Part shown: positions 49,301 to 58,300 of the stretch, piece by piece
Numbering within the stretch: the first letter of the stretch is position 1
Layout: each line of letters starts with the position of its first letter
NCBI GenBank assembly: GCA_905178155.1
Contig: CAJINV010000005.1
Location: 6,874,580 to 6,938,579 of the forward strand
Direction: 5' to 3'
Length of the DNA stretch: 64,000 bases
Source of the DNA: Amoebophrya sp. A120
Lineage: Eukaryota; Protista; Dinoflagellata
The notes under the pieces: generated by a model
What the model was told of the DNA's origin: nothing
What the model saw: only the letters and a program-made list of their open reading frames with translations
Databases searched by the model: none
Translations under genes and position numbers: made by a program

Positions 49301-52300
49301 TAAAGTAGCACTACAACTACTAGCATTGAAAGTGAGTATGAATATAATAAGATTAAGAATAGTAATAGTTTTTGTTTTTGTTTTAGTTATAGTTTTCCAC
49401 TTCCTGTTCCTTATCCTTTAGCTTTACCTTTTAGCTTTAGTTATAGAAATTGAAATTGTATTTCTATTTGTAATTGTAATGGTAACTGAATACAGGTGCA
49501 GGCACAGCTACAGGCAAGGGCGCCACTTCCACTACAGAAAGAGGCGCACTTCTTTGCCGCGATGCTCTGCGCTATTTGTGTTTCATAATCGTATCAGAAT
49601 CAGAGTAAGTGCACGATGCAGATTAGCATGAAAGTAAATGTAAAACTCAGCCGCTATGTCTATTGGTATTGCTCCAGCTATTCGTTTTGGTCTTTGGTTC
49701 TGGTTTATAAATATCAATAAGAAAAAGAATAAGAAAATGAAAAAGAATAACAGTTGCGCTTCCAGTTCTACTTCTATATCTATCTCTCTTACTCTTTCTT
49801 TTTGACTTTGTATTTGTAATCGTAATGGGAATGGTAATTCTAAGTCTAATTGTAACTCCAATTCGCAATAGAAATTGAAAATGTAAAAAAAATAAATATG
49901 AGTGCGCCAGCAGGAGCGCCTACGTCATGATCATGAAGAAAAATAAAAAGCGTGATAATAGGTTTATGATTTTATCTTCGTGCTCATGGCTTATTTCACT
50001 TTTGTGTTTTGACTTTTTGTTACTGGAAGACGAAGAAAGAAACCGACTCTGGTCATTGATCTTGCTCTGTTTCGTTTCGTTTATTATCTGTATCAACTAC
50101 ATGATCGAGGAAATTAGTAACTAGAATTACGCATATTTTTGCGTGGTGAAAATGTTCCTTTCACATGTGCGCGCACCTCTTTTCATATCATAAACATCCA
50201 TGTGATCATGCAGATCATGCAGATTTGCATCTTGAATCTCAGCGCTTTCGACCGAAGTGCGATCATATTCAAGAGCATGGCGACAGAATTATCGATGTCC
50301 TCGCGCAGTGGATTAAGCAAAACCGACACCGAAATTAGTGCACAGCCCACCACTTAGCAGACAATTTGAAAAACTACACGCAGCTAATGAAGACGCTGTG
50401 AAGCGTGACGCTGAAGAGCAAAACTCTTGCATGGACAACAGAAAAGCAGCCGCTTTTTCTTGCATTGTTAATACATGTATTCCTGTACAATAGATTTTGC
50501 GCATAACAAATTGAAACATAAATCAAAAGATGCTGTGCATTCCGATTGTTAGAAGATTGGCGCTTCTAATCCGGAATGAGGTAAGGAAAGTAGAAAATCA
50601 AGTGAGTAGTGCCTGCGCTCCACTGTAAAACCAGCGCGAAGCCGAGTAATGCGTCTTGTTGTGTTCGTCGATTTTTACTCGTCAGAAGCAGTCGGAAGAA
50701 AAATAATTGTCTTCGTTGGGGTCGATGATCACGTGGCTCTCAGCACCAAAATGCCAGATACAGAGCTATCTCTTGTCAGATTCAAGGTGATGAAATGGTC
50801 GTCAGCGGTGATGGCCAAAGTGGCCATTTTTAATTTAATTGAAATTCTACTGCCGTGGAGCACTATGACAGCAAAGGACGTCTTCTACCATATTTGACCA
50901 GATCTCCTATTCTAGTGGAAAAAAGCAGTAGAAATTCAATTAAATTGAAAGTGACCATTTTCAACATCATCATCTGACGGCTCAAAGTCTTCTGATAATG
51001 TGTTGCATCTTCATCATTTTGACCGCGTTTTCACCTCAAAACCAATAGGAATTGTGAGAGAATATTTGAAAAATATATTGAAAAAAGGTGAGTCTTTCGA
51101 CGTTACGTCACACTAATCGTCCTTCGGACGATGAAGTGGGGACGTTTTGCAGTCTCGTAGACTGTGGCGAGGCAGGCGTGCCAGAGGCAGATCATATTCT
51201 GCTCCGCTTCTGCAAAAACGGTTACGACCCGAACAACATGAGCCGCACCGTGGTGAAGTTGAAACAGCACCACGTGACCAACAGTGGCCGCCACGAGTGC
51301 AGCCGTCCCATCGTGGGGGACAACTTAGCGTCTTTGCGCCACGCCGTGCGCGAGCGCGGCCGCGCCGACGGCCTGGACGGGTCTAAGATGAGTACTATTA
51401 TTTTTGTGTTTTTCATGCCTATAGTCTTCATGTATAATCCATTAGACCGTGCGCAGTTCCATAGTGTTTTGCTTGTTTCGGGTTCATCACGCATTCATAT
51501 GTAGTGAGAAACTTTGTGCATAACTACACAGAAAATGTCGCATGTTGTCGTGCATTTCTCCTTGCGAGGAGGGCAAAGCGTCTTCGTGCACAATGTTACA
51601 AGTCAGAAAAAATCTCCTCGTGCAAGCATTTTACAGCTTTCTGATTTCATGCGCGTCCACATCGTTAGTCGTACACAGAGCACGTTCGAGGTACTGCATA
51701 GCAAAAAAATGCACGTTCGATGAGCTGCGTGTCATATACAAAAAGCACGCCCACGCGCACGTTCGAACTACTGCGTGTCGTAGTCATTGTCATATGCAAA
51801 AAATAAAAATTTCTTCCATTTTCATTTTTATTTTCACTTTCAGTTTCAATCTCAATTGCTAAATAAAAATTATAAACTTCCAGGACTCGTGGCAGTCGAC
51901 TATACGGGAACTGGTCGCTTCGACTTCCAGTTCGCGTTCGTGCACGGCGGGCATACCTGCTTAGCGTTCCTGCTGGAGGGATGCGATCCGGAGCCCTTTA
52001 TTGTGGATCTGGTGCTACTAAGTCCAGACGTGGACCGCCATCCCGAGCTTTTGACCAAGTTCGTCATGCTCAAGAATAACACCCCCGAAGGGATGTGCAA
52101 CGGGTGGATCGAAACCACCGTGCTCGCCGGAAAGGTTCGCAGTTGTTGTTGTTAGATTTTATTTTCAGCCAGATGATCCTCATCTTCATCTTACATCTTA
52201 GATGATAGTTGTAGTGTTTCTTTTTGCATTGTGACCGTTTTGCATCACAAATTGAAGTTTTACTTTTACACAAACTACAAAATGAAAATCTAAAACAAAT

Positions 52301-55300
52301 ACAGTCCTGGCCCAAGTTCAACCAGTACCGCGACACGCAGGCCCGCGCGGGCAGAACCCCGGACGAGTTCGATGTGTGGATCGAACGACTTGCGGGCCCC
52401 AAATGGCGCGGGCAGCTGAAGAGTTATGGGAAGCATGCCGTGACCATGTTTAATAGAGGCGTGGTCCAAGAATACACCCATTTTGGGTTGAGCGTCAGCC
52501 AGATGGTCCCCCGCCCGAAGCACAACGATGGACACTTAAAATTCTTCGCTTACAGCAACGTACTGATTTTTTTTCCACTTCCGTTCGAGCATCATTCTGA
52601 GAGTTTTAATGTGCAAGTACATGCGCATGTTCATGACAGGCTTCAGGTTTCTCTTTCTCTTGTAGCTACACCTACATGTAGATCACATTCACTTTTGCAT
52701 ACAAAAACAAGCGCAAGCTTTGAACTTAAGCTTCAAAGTAAAGTTGCAAACTTTAATTTAAATTTTAAAAATCAAAACAGAACACCCTGTCCTCGATCAA
52801 CCCGTACACCGACACCATCATCGAGAGTGGAAATGTCCAGCTTGACATGCACTACGCCGTGAGAGTCATCCTGCAGTTCGCGGCCGGCTGCCAGGCCGAC
52901 GTCGTCCCGTGGTCTGAATATCCTTTGCAAAAGCATCACGTCCTTTCTCATAGTGAGCGGATTTTCGCATTACAAATTGCATTGCAAGTAGTTTGTGTAT
53001 CTTGCCCTGAAACTGCGTGACAGATTGCTATTCTCATGCTGCACAAGATCGTGGTTCAGCTACTGGCACTGCTAGTGCTACTGTAGCAGAGTATAGTCGT
53101 GATGCTTTTCCTTTTGTGAAGATTCATAGGACCGTCGAGGAGGACATTTTGACCATGTTGATCAAGACCAACCTGGCCCCGGCCAAAATTCCGGACCGCA
53201 GCAACGAGGCCAAGAAGTGCAGGACCAGCGAGGAGATGCAGTTGATCTTGCCCATCAAGGAGCGGAACATCAAGTCCAACGTCGTGTCCCTCTTCAAGGC
53301 GATGAAAAAGGTGAAGGACTTCTATTCCAGCAAGAAAGAGACAGGTTTGTCCGAAGAGTCGGACTTGAAAGAAGCCAGTGATCTGGAAAAGAAAGCGAAC
53401 CCCCAGTACTGGGGTTTGAACTTCCAGGGGAACTGGGTTTTGTCCAAGGAGTTCAAGCGCACCCAACAGCAGAAGGCCGACGAAGACTTCCTGCTCACCA
53501 ACGTGGCCCAGCTGATCAAGACCAAGTACAAGTTCTGTGCGGGGAACCTGGGCTCGTCCGTCCAGTGCCATGTGGTTCCGTTCGACAAGAACATCCCGAA
53601 AGCCACGCTCCTGGAGCGGCTCATGTACGTGATCGGAAGCCAGAAGGAGTCTTTGTTCATCCACAAGTTGAAGGACGCCTGCCCGAGCGACCACATCGAG
53701 CGGCTGACGGAGTGCGTGACGGACGGGACGCTGCTGCTCCCCCTCGTCCCCACCACTGCCGACCCCGCTGGAAAGGTGGACTGCTTCGAGATCGACGAAA
53801 ATGTGGACGTCTCCTTGAACTGGAAAGGAAAAGCCGCCGCAGCCGCGAAGGGCGGAAGAGCGCCCGCAGCCGGAAAAGCGAAGAAAGACAAAGCCCAGCC
53901 CGCGAACGCGAAAGCCGCGGCCGCTTCGGGAAAAGGAAAGGCTGCCTCCCCCCCGCCCGAGGCAAAAGCTGCAGCTGCGGTAGCTGCGTTGAAGAAGGTA
54001 TAGTAAATCTAAATAGCAATACAATTACAAATACTATTTCGATTATTAAATCTAAAACTAAATCATAAAGTTAAAGACAAAGACTCAAATGAAAAAGCAA
54101 AGTGTAAACTTTAGTTGAAAATCAGACTCAGTTCAACCTGAGAGAGCGAGAAGGTAGAGTCGACAAGTCGTGTAAGAGAAGTTATTTGCAACTTTGCGAA
54201 AAAATCTGTCAGATGAAGTGCGATGCTTTTGTCGAGTGGGTGTCTTGTGCTCCTGGTTTTGTATTTGAGTTTGTGTCTCTCGGTTTTTATGCGCGCATTC
54301 GCTGCGCGAATAACATCAACAAGTGCAACTGCCCGCGTGTGTGCGCGCACACCCGCGTACGTGCGGGTACGTGTGCGTGCACACGGGCGTGCGCGCGTGC
54401 GCGTACACGCATATGTGCACGCGCGCGTACGTGCACGCACGCATACGTGCACGCGCGCATACGTGCACGCGCGCATGTGTGCGCGCACGCATACGTGCGC
54501 GCATGCGTACGTGCACGCGCGCGTACGTCCGCGCACGCGTACGCACACACGCGTGCGTGGGTGCGCGCGTACGCACATGCACACGCGCGCGCACCTACGT
54601 ACGCATGCACGCACCCGCGCGCACGGATGTGTGCGCGCACATTCGCCTGTCCGCGTCTGCGAACAGGTGCGTGCGCGTACAAATGAAGTTCTTGCGTTTT
54701 TGTTGCTGCAGGCACAGACTTTTAATACCAAACCAGGAACAAAAGATTGCCACTGAAGTCACCACACTCATCTAACAGAAACTGTCAGCGATTTTGATTT
54801 TCAGTGGCGCTTCCTCAGCTGCATCACCAACATCCCAAACATAAAATACAAACAAAATCTCACAGAAGGATCCCAATGCTCCGCCGTCCCCGGTGATCGA
54901 GAACCAGCTGGGTCTGCCGGACGAGACCGCGGAGGAGAAGTTGAACCGCGATGCCAATCGCCAGCGGTTGGAAAAGGACCCCAAGAAGTGCTCTTTGGAA
55001 TACCTCTCCGGAAAACAGCCGAAAGCGATGCGCTGGTGCATGTGTGTCCCGTCCGAGTTTTCGCACTTGACCGACCCGGAATTAGATAAGCATCATGAGT
55101 TATTACACAAGTTGCGGATATTAGTGAAACCGGACAACACGATGTACGACATCGGTAAAATCGGCGACGGCGTCGACTTCTCCATCGACAAGCTCTTCTT
55201 CAACCCCAGCGAGAAGCGGTTCCAAGGAAACTGGCAGTTCCCGAAGGGTGGTCCGCAGGCCCATAGTTTGGGACTCAGGTATTTACTGTTATTTATTTTT

Positions 55301-58300
55301 TGATGTTCATCTTCATGCTACGTCAACGTCTACTAGCACTAGCACTCGCACTGCAAATCCAAGTTCAAATTTGAGCACGTGTCCAAGTACTAGTAGAAGT
55401 GCCGTTACTATTTGCATTTCGATTTCGCTTTTTGTTTTCGGATTCTTGCATGATAGGTAGATGCAGTTCCAATGTTCGCTCGATCTTCATCTTTTGCAAA
55501 CGAAATTGAAACTGAAAACCAAATCGCACTACAGTCACATCAAATATTTTTGGAAGTGCAGTGATGCTTCCAAATGTGACCGCTCCAAAATTATTTTTTG
55601 GCGGACCATTACGGAGGAGATGCCATCTTCCGCGGAGAAGAACGCCCCGATGGTGAAGATATCCTTTCAAGTCCCGCTGGAAACAGGAGTCAAGGCGCTC
55701 GGCAATAGTAAGAAACAGAAAACGCGATGCTAGAAGTGGAGAGAAGAAAGAAAGTGTAAAGAGAAGTAAAGAAGAAGAAAGAAGTAAAGTGAAGAAAAAA
55801 AAGACCCCCAGAGAAGAAAAGGGGAAAGGAAGAAAGGCATTTTTGTTTTTGGTGCTCCTCCAGGTAGTAGGCATGCAATTTTGGAACTGTTTTTTTGGCA
55901 CAGGTGCAAACACCAACTCCATCACCACAGATACAGAAGTTGATCATGAGAAAAAAAGTGAAACGCTGAAGCATCCTATTTTCGTTTTCCACATGACCAA
56001 GATATCTTCATTATCACTATTTCGTGCTTATGCATGTCTCCAAAAAAAAAATCAGGTTTTGCATCCACCGCGCAGCTTCGAATGAGACCTCCTCTGTCGT
56101 GAAGCACAAGATACCTCCGCATGAGAACTCCTCTGTCGTGAAGCATCTGTTGTAGAACGGGAAAGAGACTTGATGTAGTAATTTTGTCAATGTTACGCTA
56201 GCACTACTAGTAGCGTTGTTCTTATTTGTGTTTCGCTTTCGCTATCTAGCTTCCAAGATCAAGAAGATGAAAAAAACAAAATAACAATCAAAGCTTCTCT
56301 TATGTAAGATTAGCCTGTGGGCAGAGCTAGAAGTCGATTTGCAAGCTACCAAATTTTCACAGTTTTCCTTTGATAGTTTCACCCGTCGTGCATTTTTTGC
56401 TTCTCTAGAAACGGATTCTACTTTTTCAACTTCGCTTTTCACTTATTGGAATCAAAATTCGTATGCAGCATCACTATTATTTATTTTTATACCGTATTCT
56501 TTGCCTCAGTTTGATTTTCGCTTCCTCTATCGTGTAGTACTGAAGTATGTTCGCCTCGGTTTGATTTTCGCTTCGTAGCCGCACGTAGAATGAAGTATGT
56601 TCGCCGAGACGGGAATCGTATGAAAAGTCCCCGCTTCTACATCTAGATCTACTATGAGCTATCTTTTTGTTTTTCGACTGAGCTTTTTTTTGTCGTCGGC
56701 CTCCTTGTCCACACTGATTCTAGACATGACGCATCACAGCCAAAGCGTGTGGATTGGAGACTTGACAACAGGCGCCTTTAGTAAGAAGAAGTCGAAGTTC
56801 TACACCTGCAGTTGCTTCGTTGCGATTTTCATTTTCTCGCTTCGCTTTGCACAGACATCTACTTCCAGTTGTAGAAGGACCACACTACGTAGAAATAGAA
56901 AAGGAAAACCGTAGCGCAAATCTTAGTTATGAATAAAGATGACTCGACTGAGCTTGCACTTGTTCGAAGCTACTTTGCTCCGGTTCTTTTAGTTCAGCGA
57001 GCATCTACAACTTCAAAATTTCCTAGAAAGAAAGGAGTATTGAAACTCAAATACAAATTGTAGCTCTAGCACTGATTTGATTTTCATTTTCAACGTCCGT
57101 GACCATGTGAGTTGGAGTGTCAATATCTGCTATCTGAGCTTCTGCCGTCCTGTAGTCGCCTGGTTGCGTTTCCCGTAGTTTGCCGCATAGCGTGGCACAA
57201 CAAAGAAGTAGTACTAGCGAGCATCTACGTGCGTAGTCTCTGACTTCAGGAAGGTATGTTTGTTTATGTCAACCGGTCGCCTTGGTCGGGCAGTGTTGTA
57301 GATGTTTCGCATCTGCAGCATTGCTCAACCTAGACCCCTTATGAATGTTTCGCACTCATCATGAAAAAGAACAAGAGCTGGTATTTGGACGCTAGGTTCT
57401 ACAAATAACGTAGAGACTCAGCCTTGTTCGAAAACTGTCTCACCTCGCGTTGCGCCACTTCAGTTTCTATTTCGAAAAGAATACAAAAGTAGCAGGAGGC
57501 TTCGTCATAAAACTGGAAGAGCGTTATCGCCATGTTTGTCGCGCGCGTCTGCAAGAAGCCGTACCTGCAGTGCCGCGATTTGATTTTCATTTTCATATCT
57601 GTATAGTTCGCAGCGCTCGCAACTATGGCTGCTCATTACATTAGACTACCCCCCATCGAAGCTGTGAATTTCGTTTTCTTTTTGTGGTCAAATCAAAATT
57701 AATTTGAGATATGTTCGTAGGCTACCCAATCCGACTTCAGCACCAGCATTGACGCTTTGAGTTTGGCGCTTCCATTTGACTTTTAATTTTATTTGCAATA
57801 TACAAAACGTACTAGTAGAAGCGTTTGATTGATCCATCGTATCACCGCCGGCTGGCATCAAGGTCACATCTCTCGCTGTGGTCCTTTTTGCACTTTCGGC
57901 ATAAACCTCCTTTTTATTTGAGTGCTCCGTGTCTTTGTCACTTGCGGAGGCAACGCTTTCGATACAACTTTTGCTGCTGAGAAGGAAAGGAAGTGCATAT
58001 CGACAAAACACGAGCACAAGCTACTTGCGCTTTTAAGTGTAGTTTCATTCGCAAGATGGTTTTCAATCTGATAACCGCTTCGCCTGAATACAAGCACCGG
58101 TCATCTAGTAGCTTTGTGGTGAGTGCTATCGTGCGTGCACGTCCTCGACCGGATTGCGATCCGCGTCGGAGCGTCAGTGCCGGTATCATATTCTCACCAC
58201 CGTGAACTACTTTTAGCACTACCCCGGACGTCGACGTTTTCATTCGTCACTGCCCCCCGGCAATTTCGGAAATCACTCTGATAACCTAGTCACGCTGCGA

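Noticed and set aside
53056-54024. Long minus-strand ORFs (also 46318-47181 and 42250-42891)
   Set aside because: They are antisense shadows of GC-rich + strand exons.
54111-54775. Six overlapping ORFs rich in R/A/C/V/H/T
   Set aside because: Alternating purine-pyrimidine DNA has no stop codons; the tract lies in an intron.
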